A DNA stretch of 64,000 bases, from NCBI GenBank assembly GCA_051362555.1, contig CM120640.1, positions 26,150,225 to 26,214,224 of the forward strand, written 5' to 3'. How positions within the stretch are numbered: position 1 is the stretch's first letter; each line of letters opens with the position of its first letter. The translations under genes and the position numbers were made by a program. Below, piece after piece: positions 1 through 22,500 of the stretch. The notes beneath the pieces are model-generated. The model was not told where the DNA came from, did not search any database, and saw nothing but the letters and a program-made list of their open reading frames with translations. This DNA is from Lingula anatina (taxonomy: Eukaryota > Animalia > Brachiopoda).

Positions 1-33
1 GAATGAGAGTTTTTTAACAAAATTTCCCATTAG

Positions 34-9848
<9,815 letters not shown>

Positions 9849-10096
9849 TATGAAGTTGAATTTCTGTTGTTTTCATCTGAAGTCAATATAAAACCATTTA
9901 TAGAACCAAAAAATACAGTAAATTTCAAATAAAAGCATATTCTCACACCCAAAAGTTGGATAAAAATTAAAAGGAGGCTCCCATTCCAAAGTTAATGCCA
10001 TAAAATGGGTATGAAACCAATCAATTCAAAATAAGAACTGCCTTTATCTATTATTTTTGTAATCGCAAGAATCTCAAGAAAAGGTTTATAACTTAC

Positions 10097-10520
10097 ATCA
10101 TCGTGAATGATTAAGAAGAAGCAAATTAAGCCACTAAGTTGCACAACTGCGACAACCGAACTTTCCGCGACGATATAAAGTCAATCTAAAGATGGCGCTG
10201 TGTTCGCCAGGAAAGTCTGAAAAAAAAAAAAAGAAAGAAAGAAAGAGCCAAAATTAGCAGTTTGGTTGACTTAATTTAAAAAACCGAATGCATAAAACTG
10301 TATCTACTACGTATGATTTGTTTTTAAAACTGATATAAAATGTAAAAGCACAATTTTTTCTTGTATCTCAAAGCTCTTGCGAACAAGAAGAGCGAAATGT
10401 GATTAATGTTTTGAATGGGAAAGGAAAACATGAAAAGGCACTTCGACCTATGTAGTGCCCAAGCACATGCAATTTGTCGCAAGAGTGGGGATATTCTAGA
10501 ATATATTGAACATATCTAAA
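10097..10520. promoter_or_regulatory. Putative bidirectional promoter between HELQ and the PNK-like/CYREN-like gene
   Basis: HELQ non-coding first exon ends at a GTAAGT donor (10096, minus); the opposite gene's ATG is at 10521. CpG-richer sequence with a YY1-like AAGATGGCG at ~10189. Confidence 0.6.
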
Positions 10521-13500
10521 ATGGACTTTCTATCAAAGCAAGCACTGTTATTCGTCGGACCTCCATCAGTTGTAAGTAAAAAGCTGTGCCCTTTTTATCG
10601 CAGTCAGTTTTACTCTCCCTAGCCTGGTCCACCGAAAATACGAAAACCGCGAAAACCAGAAGTTGCTCGGCAAAAACCTCACTATTAACCTACCAATTCT
10701 GATGTTCTCGACAAATTGCTGTAAAATTTGGATAACTTGGACCACATTACATACATCATGACCTTTGATAACGATGTTTCAATGAATTGAGTATGTAACA
10801 GCCGAGTTTTCTAGATCGGCAACCTAGCGTGGGAGCCATGTTTGGTTTACAATTGGCATGTATAAACAGCAGTGTCCCCTCAGGCCGACTAGATGCCATC
10901 TCAGGCAAGTATTGCTCTCTCATGCCAGTAATGCGGTTTTCGTGCATATGAATGTGGATAACAGCACACATTTTCTGCATACTTAATACATACAAAAGAA
11001 ACTAACAAACATTCATCAAGTAACATATACAAAATTGTTTTGTTCCAACTTGAAGTCAATTAATACTTATTTGTAAATGTCTTCTTTGTGCATGTGAAAA
11101 ATTCCTAACTGTACATGAAGTTGTAAGAACTTTGTATTTGCATAAAACCTTATAAAGAAAATATTCAATCACTAAATGTTTTTCATCATAAAAAAGTTGT
11201 TTTTGTTTGTTCAAATCATGTTAAAATAAAGGCTCTCTACATACCAAATTCCATTTTACCAAAGCAGTTATCAATACATATATAGCAAATGTGTGCACTG
11301 GCAAATTATTTTTTAAGAAAAGGGACTAAAGTCTCATTCCGGGACAACTACAGTGTATAGATAATACCACTAACCCAGTGGACTTGCACGCTTTTTATAA
11401 TTAATACATGGACTGTATTACGTTTTATATTAATAACAGTTTTATCAAAGAACTTTTAGGTTCATTTGACATTACACTCATTAGGATCTGGTTGTCATTA
11501 GTGGTATGCTTCCGGGGCTCTGTGCCCTCAGGAAGTGCTAAATCAGTAGCACAAGACCTGAAGTGAAGCCTGGCTGGAGAAACAATAACTGGGAAAGTAT
11601 CAATCACGTTCTCAAAATGAAAGTCAGCTGGAGGGTACAAGATGTACCAAGTTTAATCCAAAGCTTGCATGAGCTGGTCTGCAGCTATTATGGGGAAACA
11701 GAAAGAGCTATGATTGGACATGGAGAGTATCTCCTTGACACGGCTTATCAGAAATTCCAAGTAGACAGGGTTGTGTGAGCAAGAAAAACTAAGGAGCAAC
11801 GACAGCAGCACATGAAGAAATTTTTTTCAACTACAAAGTTGAAACAAGAGATGGCCTCTGCAGGCAATTTGCATGTCTTGACTGCTACAAACAAGGGGAA
11901 GAAACCATTCCAAAGGAAACGATCAAGGGCAGAGAGGGCAAAAACAAAGAATTAGTTGATTTTGCATAATGCATAATCTGTGCCCTCAGGAAGTGCTAAA
12001 TCAGTAGCACAAGACCTGAAGTGAAGCCTGGCTGGAGGAACAATAACTGGGAAAGTTTCAATCACGTTCTCAAAATGAAAGTCAGCTGGAGGGTACAAGA
12101 TGTACCAAGTTTAATCCAAAGCTTGCATGAGCTGGTCTGCAGCTATTATAGGGAAACAGAAAGAGCTATGATTAGACATGGAGAGTATCTCCTTGACACG
12201 GCTTATCAGAAATTCAAAGTAGACAGGGTTGTGCGGGCAAGAAAAACTGAGGAGCAACGACAGTGGCACATGAAGAAATATTTTTCAACTACAAAGTTGA
12301 AACAAGAGATGGCCTCTGCAGGTAATTTGCATGTCTTGACTGCTACAAACAAGGGGAAGAAACCATTCCAAAGGAAACGATCAAGGGCAGAGAGGGCAAA
12401 AACAAAGAATTAGTTGATCTTGCATAATGCATAATCTGTGCCCTCAGGAAGTGCTAAATCAGTAGCACAAGACCTGAAGTGAAGCCTGGCTGGAGGAACA
12501 ATAACTGGGAAAGTATCAATCACGTTCTCAAAATGAAAGTCAGCTGGAGGGTACAAGATGTACCAAGTTTAATCCAAAGCTTGCATGAGCTGGTCTGCAG
12601 CTATTATGGGGAAACAGAAAGAGCTATGATTGGACATGGAGAGTATCTCCTTGACACGGCTTATCAGAAATTCAAAGTAGACAGGGTTGTGTGGGCAAGA
12701 AAAACTAAGGAGCAACAACAGCTGGACATGAAGAAATTTTTTTCAACTACAAAGTTGAAACAAGAGATGGCTTCTGCAGGCAATTTGCATGTCTTGACTG
12801 CTTCAAACAAGGGGAAGAAACCATTCCAAAGGAAACAATCAAGGGCAGAGAGGGCAAAAACAAAGAATTAGTTGATCTTGCGTAATGCATAATGAAAATA
12901 GGTGATAACAATGCCGTGAAATATAATGTACTGTTTTATGAAAATTGAAGATGTCAGTTGTTTTTGACCTAGAATAATGTCTCCTTTCAAAAGTAGTTCA
13001 AATCATATGGGAGCTATTTGCTATTGCCAAAGCATAGTTCTTATTTGGCCAGATATTAAAAAGAATAAAGTTTGAGAGTAGATTTAATACAGGAGAGAGC
13101 TGCATGAGACTTTTTAACTTTCCCGTGTCGGCTTTGCTGATACAAACCTGTACAACATACTTCACAAAGTTATTCCAAATCAGCAAAGCAGTAGAAACTC
13201 TCTAATCAAACTCGGGTCCATCCTCATGTCAGCATCTCAGATGGTACTAGAGAGAATGTTATGTTTTGGGTTTCAAACTCAAATAATGTGAGAAGATTTA
13301 CAGAAGGAAAACCGAGTGCTTTTGAAGCCAATTGTAGGGTGTGGAAGAAGAATCCTTCCTCTAAAACTGTATTAGCAAAGGAAGATGAAAACTGGAAAGT
13401 TTACAAATGGAATTGTCTCTTTTGCATTCGACATACAGTTAAGGGAAATCCAAGATGGACCCACAACCAGAAACCACAATCAATGTCCAAAGGACTTACA

Positions 13501-16500
13501 ACTCATTAAAAGGCAACATCACATATCGTAGCCGCATTACATAGACTAAAAAATATCCAGATGTGATCCTAGTGAAGTACAGAGGGAAATTCCCAGACCA
13601 AATTCCACATGGCAATGCAACAAAGAACTTCTTATTGTCCCATGTCATCCATTGTATTTGACGCAATAAGGAAGAATGCAGCCCGCTTAAAACCCAAAGA
13701 GATATACAAAAAAACTGTACCAGGAAGCTCAACTTGAAAATGAGAAACATGCAAATTTAAGACAGGTGCAGAATTTAGTGGACTCTGTAAAAAAAAAAAG
13801 AGGCAATCGGAAGAAAACTTCTTTCTAAACAGGGGGTATGAATCTGGTCAGCAACTTTCTTTACCTGAAGAGTGGAATTCGTCAGCATCCTTTTGTGAGA
13901 AGAATATATAACTCACTAGCACCAGAAAGTTCCAACAATAATGCTTTTCACAGAAGGGCAAATTGCTGATGTGCAAAGATGTTGTTGTGCTGGATCTACT
14001 ACACACTGTGCTGTCTAAGGGGTGGATAAGACTTGGACCAACTGAATGTCACCTGTATGGTTTACAAAAACCTAGCTCTCATTCATCGAACAACAGGAAC
14101 ACATCCACTTTTTATCGGACCCATGTTTATCCATGGAAACTCTGAATTTAAGACATATGCCAGTTTTTTCAGATGTTGGCATTAGAATTAGTTGATTCTG
14201 TTTGCCCACCAGTTATTGGGTCTGATGAAAAGAAAGCACTGAGAAAAGCAGCGTCCTTTGCTTTCAGTGGCACTAACCTGGTGTCTTGCCAGCAGCATCT
14301 GAAGGAAAACGCCACACTACATATAAGAGACCTGGTGGGCACAACCACAGACACCAGAAAGGTGGTCACAGATGTCATATTTGGAGAGAACAGGTTGACC
14401 TCATCGCCTTCCCTCGTCATCCTGGAGCAGTGCCATGACAAGGCTTTGCAAGTCATCAGGGAAAAAGCTTCAAGATTTAATGCTGGCTGTTTCCATTGAT
14501 TGAAGAAATTATAAACATCAGCATCCTTTTGTGAGAAGAATAACTCATCAGAAGAGCAAATTGCTGATGTGCAACAATTTTGTTGAGCTGGACCTACTGC
14601 ACATGGAACTGTCTTAGGGGTGGATAAGACTTATAATTAGGCCAACTGAATGCCACTTGTAGGATTTACAAAAACCTAGCCCTCATCCACTGAGCAACGG
14701 GAAAACTCACCCACTTTTTATTGGAACTATGTTTATCAATAGCAACTCCGATTTTAAGACATGTGCCAGGTTGACCTCATCTCCTTCCCTCGTCATCCTG
14801 GAGCAGCGCCATGACGAGGCTTTGCAAGTCATTAGGGAAAATGCTTCAAGATTTGATGCTGGCTTTTTCCATTGATTGAAGAAAATACAAATACTTTCTG
14901 CACAATCTGAAGTAAAACCCGGCTAGACTAATAATAACTGTGAAAGTTTCAACCATGGACTCAAGATGAAGGTCAAATGGAGGGTGCAAGATGAACCAAA
15001 TTTACTCAAAAGTTTGCACAAGATCATCTGTGGGTATTACAGTGAAACACAGAGAGCAATAATTGCATGGGGAGAATATTATCTTGACACAGTATTTGAG
15101 AGATACCATGTAGACAGGGTTGTTTGGTCAAAGAAAACCTGAGGACCAACCACAGCACCATACGAAGAAATTTTTTGCAACTACAAAGTGAAAACAACAG
15201 ATGGCCTCTACAGACAATTTACATGTCCTAACTGCTCCAAACGAAGGGAAGAAGCCATTCCATAGAAAATGGTCAAGAGCAGAGAGGGCAAAAACACTGC
15301 ATTGGTTCAACTTGATCACACTTGGTCACAAGTAATCTGCAGTGCATAATTAAAATTGGTGGTAATTATGCTGTTTGATATCATGTACTATTGCATACGA
15401 ATTGAAGATAATCATGTCATTTATGATCAAATTAACAGAAAAGAAACAAGAATAAAATACAGCCCGAGTTGTAAATCAGCCTGATTGTTTTCCTTTTCTG
15501 GAAGTTATGCATTTTGTTTTTTTGGTGAAGTGCCAATTTTTTACAAAGTGTGACTTTAAACTTTCATGGACTTGAAGACCTTTGCAAGTCACATTGTCTG
15601 AATATCCATGATACTTTAATTATATAATTAAATATTCGTGGATAATGGTGGTGGATAATGCTGTCAAAATTGAGTTGGAAAACCACTATGATTGCATTCT
15701 TTTTTTCTCAAGAGCTATGCAGTTTATTGTGCACTTTTCATTTTTCACATATTGCCATTTTCAGTGCGGGACTTACAAATCCCAGGGGACACTGCTGATT
15801 ATACGTGTTGATGGTATTTAAACCAATTGGTAGGTTGCTGTTGTAGAAACTTAAACTTTTACTTACTTAATTCATTGACACTTTGCTATCAAATGTTATG
15901 GTGTACATATGTAATGTGGTCTAAGTTATCCAAATATTTGGCTAATTTGTCAACAACATTGAGTATTGGTAATTTTTAATGAGGTTAGATCCTAGCAACT
16001 ACCCACCCTTGGTTGTCAATTTATTGGCCAGTGAAACTAAAAAACACATAAAACGAATTTAAAATCCTTCATTTGTCTACCTTAGTGCCAATAGTACTTT
16101 TTAAAAAGTCAAGGTTTTTAAACAGTTTTTAAATAGTCACATAAACATTTGGGACCCCTATTCATATTCAGATCTTTTTTGTTTTACGCCTAAATGTGTG
16201 TAACATGTTTTCATTGGAATTCAAATGTGAAGCTTTGTCAGTGATTATCAAGAACAAATGAAGTAGACAGGACACTTCCTCTAAGTGCATTTGTAAAATA
16301 GCTCTACCTTTTTGTAAAAAAAAAAGGGGAAAAAATGTCAGTGACTTTGCCCAGAATTTTGTCCTCTTTAAGGTATTTTTCCAGCTTATGACTGACTCTC
16401 TGACAATTAAGCATGCCTCTCACCTGCCATAACATACATGTATGTTCCCTTTTCATTAGTGGTGCAGAAATAGTGATGATATAAAGGGTTCAGTGTCATT

Positions 16501-19500
16501 GGAGTGCTAGGGTACAATTACTCAGGCTAATATAGCTGTGGCTAATTTGTGAACCAAGTGGAGATCAATTTATCTTATGACTAAGGTGACTAGTGTAGTG
16601 GAGTACATAACTAAGAATCAGTATTGTGTATCTTTCATGACTGATTTGATGATGGGGATTCATGATTGAAATGACCATTTTCCTGAGTTTTTGTCTATTT
16701 TATTTTGATCATACTTAATATCACTTATTATAACAAGCAAGGGCTATACAGGTAAGTTAAAGTCAAGGAAAAGCATTAGATGTTCACTGGATCTTGGTTT
16801 TATTTCACGTAAGAATTCACAAGACATATAAAAACTAAAAAGAAGAAAAGAAAAGAAAATTACAATAATACACTCACTACCCGAGATTTATGTGCTTAAA
16901 TTTTCTTACACAAAAACTAATAATTTACAATAAGCACTAATAATCAAATGATAATAAACAGTATTAAAAAAACTCACCATTTCTGCCATTCCTGTAACTA
17001 TAAATTTCAAGTAGCAAAAGTGAAAATAACTGATCAAAAAGAAAGAATATACCATGTGTTCCTCCTACGAAGACACTGTGTTGAATGAAATAAAGTGCAA
17101 ACTCATGGGGTACCATCCTGAATGAAAAGTTATCATTTATGCAAATGTACATTGCATCAGATGTGCTGGATCACCTGGCTCTTCAAGCACAATGAAAGAA
17201 AAGCAATATAAACCTTACACTTAGATTATTACTCTTTTCAGGGAAAGACTTTATTTTTTAAGAACAAACTTGCAGGTACCCATGTACTGTTCTCACCCGA
17301 AGAGGAAATTGCAAAAGACAAACAGTTGGGTTTAAGACAACTTGCATTGAAAGTAGTAAAACTGCTGAAGCAGGTAGGTTATGTGCCAGATATGTAAATT
17401 AATTGCTAACACATATAATGGGAGCCAACTGAGGTTCAAACAAATCTTGCTAATAAGAACAAAGTAGTGCAAGACATTGTGAGAGTTGCTTCAAGATAGG
17501 GCTAAATTTATGGGTCACAAGTTGAAGTGAAGATTTCTCTAGCTGGAGTGAAGCAGAGCTAATGCAATTTTTGAGTCAGAGACTTGTAAAATTTTTCAAA
17601 TTATAAAGTACATACCCAAAGAGAACTTGCAGGAGTAGCTGATGACTTGGGTTTGTCAAGATTAGAGCCAGATGATGATGTTGGGAAAGTTTTGAAGGGG
17701 TTCCCTTTTTGCCCCTGATTTGAGGAATATACCTTCAGAAACTATGCCAAATTTTATGTCTCTGACAAAAAATATGATCCTAATGAAAGTCAATAGGGTT
17801 CATCCTTGACCAAATAGCAATCTATGGGAATTTTTTGAAACCAATTTTGTAAAAATTGTGGCCTCTATTATTAAATGGCCAAAAACCTGACCACAAACAA
17901 ACAAGCAGGCCAGTATACCTGTGATTTTTTATTTCCAGCTAATGACTGATTCTGTTACAAATACTGAGACAAAGCCCGTCATCAGTTTATGCATGACCCG
18001 TGATAATAACATAAATTTTTTTTCCAAAAATGACACAAAGAGAATGAGCTATCTGAAATATCAAGAAGTATATTTTATTTGTTACTCTGGTTTTATTGCA
18101 CTAAAATATAAGGTCATATCTGTAAAAAATTAAGTGAAAGCATGGCATTGATAATAATTCTGTAAATATCAAGTTAAAAAAAATTTTTTTTCACTTATAA
18201 TATTAATTAGAGGTGGCTGGAGATTTCACTGATCAAACACAGTGGTTTTATTGTACACCGTAGTCTGTCTGAAAAAAGGGCAGCATGTATTTTTGAAGTT
18301 ATACAGATATACTGTAAGTCCTTGGAAGCTACAGTAGTTAATTTGCCCAGGTATTTAAAAAATGTGAAATAGCAAATACATTACAGGTGGTGGAAAGTTT
18401 CATTCTTATTTTGAAATGGTTTATTTCAATAATTATGGCTATTCATTTTGTTTTTTATATGTATGTACAAAAAAGCATTGTGACAAGATTTGTGCATTTT
18501 AATCACTGGGTACCAAAACAAACAGACTGCCCCAGCTGGTCATTTTGGTAGTAATCAAACATGCCTCTTCCTGTCAGTAGAAAACAACTCTAATACTCAA
18601 AACTGATTGCCACTCATTTCCAAATTGTTATTATTTTCTAACAGGGAAAGAGGGTTGCTGTGGATGGTGAAAATAAGACCAGAAAATTGAGGAAATGCTA
18701 CATCCATATCATAAAAGAAAAGGTAAAGCATACAGCATGTCTTAATTAAGCAAATTTAAAATATGAACTATATGCAGTTGGCAGTTTGAAACATTCATTG
18801 AATAATCTTTTGAAATCCAGTTTTCTTTGATATATAATGTACATGGTGTATTTAGTTATACTTTGCAGAAGATATAATTTGAATGCTTTGATGTAAAACT
18901 TGGACTACTTTTTTACTTGTACTGTATCATTTTAGGTCCCTGACTGCAGCATTGCAATAGTTCTCTTCCGGCCTAAATATGGTATGATTCAGCTGCAGTG
19001 GGCCCAGGCATTTTCACAAGCTGGTGATTTTCTCACGGGGAAGTCCTTGAAAGATGTTGAAGACTTACCTTCAACAGAAAAACAGTTCAAATCATGGTTG
19101 AATGCACTGAGTGGTATAAAGAATGCAGATGATGATGATGGGCCAGGTAAAAGAGTTTAGGTCCATGCACTGTTTATTGCCATATGTCAACTTCACCTTG
19201 TAGATTTATTCAAAGCACAATACCCAAACATGCTTGTCAGTTAATTTAAAATATGTACCCACTGAAATTCTCAATGTTTTTACCATAATGCACATAAGCC
19301 TTGGTGTGTGAATTCAATGTTTTTGTAACAATTTTAAGAGTTTAAATGTTTTAAACATTGACAGTTGTAAGTATTTTTATGGTTCCCAATACAAAACTAA
19401 ATAATTTTTTAAAAATTTTGATACAAAACATTTCCATCATTGTAGACATGCCAAAGGAATCTGAAGGTTGTACAGTTGGAGACATCAGTCTGAGATTGGA

Positions 19501-22500
19501 AGTTGAGACTGGATGGAAGGTAGGCATACAACTCACTTATCTTTCTAAAGAACATAAAATACTGTACTTACTATGTGCTGTAAAACAGTGTCTTCTTATA
19601 TAACTTTATCATAGCTAAATAAGAACAAGATTTTTTCCAGTTCGAAGTTCCTGGTCTGTTCATAGAATGGCAGTCATTACTGAATGTTAGACCTTCTGAA
19701 CAACTGGCTATAGAAACTGGTGCAGTGGAAGCTGTCGAGGCCTGGTATACAAAGTACATGTGTGGGAGGGTCATCATCATTTTTGATGGAAGAAAAGGTA
19801 AGATAAACCTACTGGAATTTAAATGGGCTATTTATATTAATATTTTATTTTTATTGATGAGGATGTATTTCAGTGTAATAACTTACACAGTAAGGTGGGC
19901 ATGAAAGTGTACTTGATTGATTAGAGACATTCTGGAGAAGTGTAGATGGTTAAATTTTGACAACTTGACATTTTTCATTTTTAAAAAAATAAATCAAACT
20001 CTTGAACACCAATATATGTGAAATGGTAGCATGTTGATAATCTTTTGTATTGTAGATAAAAATGATATTAATTTTTGTCAAGCACATTAAAAAACAGAAA
20101 ATGTATACTGCATCACTTTTTGTGCCCATTATACATATATATTTTTTAGGCACAAGAAGAGATCAAAAGGAGTCAAACTTTCAACAGATGGAAGATACCT
20201 TGATCAAATTTTCAGAACAGATTCGGTCCTGTCCTATCTATGCACTCTGTGTAGAAAACAGAGAAATACCTGGGGATTTTGCCGAACCTTTAGGACCCAG
20301 CCTCATTGCCTTTGCTCAGAGACTGCATCATCTAGACCTTCAGAACAAGGCAGGAATTGTAACTTTGAAAGTTTTAAAATTCATAATTTTGCAGTAAATG
20401 AAAGTTTCTTTTCTAATTTTATAAGCAATCCATTGTAACTGCTGATTACTTTGTCACAATTTACATGTATACCATTGACAAATTGAATTATTTTAGGGCA
20501 CGGTTTACCTATACACTTCCCAAGAACATTTACATTGTGCGACAGCAGCAGGAGTTAAGCATATAAAGGTATAACTCAAGTGTAAGAATGCTTTTATATT
20601 TTCAAATTCTGGATTTACATGTACCAGTGAGAATGTGCCAGACTTTTGCCATTGTGGATGGACCTTTGGGTCAGTAAGATGTGGATTTAAGTGTCTCAGA
20701 CAAAAAAAATTAGAAGGGCCTAAAGCTGATATGGATACTCTCATTCTGCCTAGGAAATAAATAATCCACAAGAATTAGCTATGTGTTCATTGTAAGTTAC
20801 AATCTGTGTGTAACAGGTGAAAGAAAGATCATTTAGGTACTTGTGAAAGTAATATCTCATAATCTTAGAACATTATAAAGTACCAAAAAGTTTTAGCTCT
20901 CTAGATGTTGAAATCTAAATGTTTTTTTTTTCAGGCATCTAAAGCATTTTCTAATCCAGCTATGGTAAGCTCCATTTATTTAAGTATTGTAAGTCTACCT
21001 GATGTCAACACTTAAAATTTTTTGATCATATCATCAATAGTTCAACATTGAAAAATACAGCTTATAATGCAAGGCATGCATATGGATATTTTGAAGATGA
21101 TGTAACACAATTTATGGTTTTTAGTTCATCAGCTTTATAGTATAGTCAAGCAAATTATGTTGATATTTATCATGCCAGTAACTGTTTTCCAGATGGTGTC
21201 TGGTTATGGAGTGACCACCCCATATACACCTCCACTGTTAGCTGATGTTGGTTTCATTAGCTCATCTTCTAGGTGGAGACACCAAGCAGTACCTTTGGCT
21301 GAAGATGAGGAGGCACTTACCAATCGGAAATGGACTTGTGTTAAATTAGGATTTAGGAGAAAAATGTTTCTCTTTTGTAGAGATATTGGTCAATTGGAAA
21401 GGTACAAGAAAATTGATTTTGATTATCTCTGCACTTTGGTGACAATTTGTTTTTCAGGTTTGGGATATTTTATTACATACTGTATGAATGAAGTTTATAA
21501 AATTATGTGTTTCATAACGTTTTTTACTTGTTTGATGCATAAGACTACAATAAAGAACATTGCATGCTGGTTGATTTGGAACCGTTCAAGTTAAAACATT
21601 TATTTGAAAATGTACATTTCATTTCTGCTGTAACCACAAGCCCTTGGCAAATTTGTTATTTTAGTTATATACAAGACTACAAACATTATAGAACTCCCAT
21701 CGATGAACGTGGTAGCAGGATAGCAGAATTAAATCACAATATCTCTGAACCTGTCCAGACTCCTAGGAAAACTCCAACAGTATTTCTTAGTGACAAAACC
21801 AGGGACCTTCCAAAGTGGATGCTATGCAAGAAGAAAAAAATGGAGAGGAGTAGTGGAATACAGAATGTGTCAGAAGTATCTTCTACACTTGACCTTGACT
21901 GTGATGACCCTGATGATGTTGCTGAACAAAATGTAAAAAGGTAACATAATACTATTGAAAAATAGGTATAGCTAAACAAAGAATGTTAGAAATATGTTTA
22001 TGTTGGCAGCTTGTTTCAGCATATTGTACAGTTGTCATGTTATAGGGACAATTTGAATTAAGATGAAGGAATAAGATGCTTCAGTAGTGCTGGTTCTCTT
22101 TTCCTCAAAAGTATCAGCAGTAGTGATAAATTTGATATTTTCTAGAAAGCAATGAACATTTTCACAACAATCAGCAGTATGTTTACCTTAACTTTGAATG
22201 TTGTTCTAAGTTGCTGATTTACATGTGTAAACCAAACAAAGTTAAAACAATGGCACATTAAATTGTCTAAATGGAAATTAACCTTTTTTTCTTTCTTGCA
22301 AACCCCTGCAAACTGGTTGCTGCATACTTCAAGTTTGCATCAAATTTGCTGCAATTTTTTTTTTTTTTTTGCTAAGGTTTGTCCTATGTGCATTAATCTT
22401 CACCATCTTTCAAAGGCAGACATTTAAGTGTGTGTTGTCTTTTATAATGTTAATTGAAGGAGCAGAATCTGTCAGACAGTGTATGTCCTGGATGAAGATG

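Larger units (their letters stand above)
10620..16039 (+). mobile_element. Decayed Mutator-like (MULE) DNA transposon with long imperfect TIRs, in intron 1
   Basis: Inverted similarity between ~10665-10775 and ~15883-16000 (ttggataacttggaccacattacata vs tatgtaatgtggtctaagttatccaa). Internal DDE transposase remnants. Exact termini uncertain; no TSD seen. Confidence 0.7.

Noticed and set aside
12021-12871. 130-aa ORFs as a novel tandem small-protein family
   Set aside because: They start at GTG and are C-terminal fragments of the adjacent MULE transposase.
20345-20365. Second GC donor in the PNK/CYREN-like gene (AAG|GCAGGA)
   Set aside because: An in-phase GT donor 9 nt downstream (ATT|GTAACT) explains the junction.
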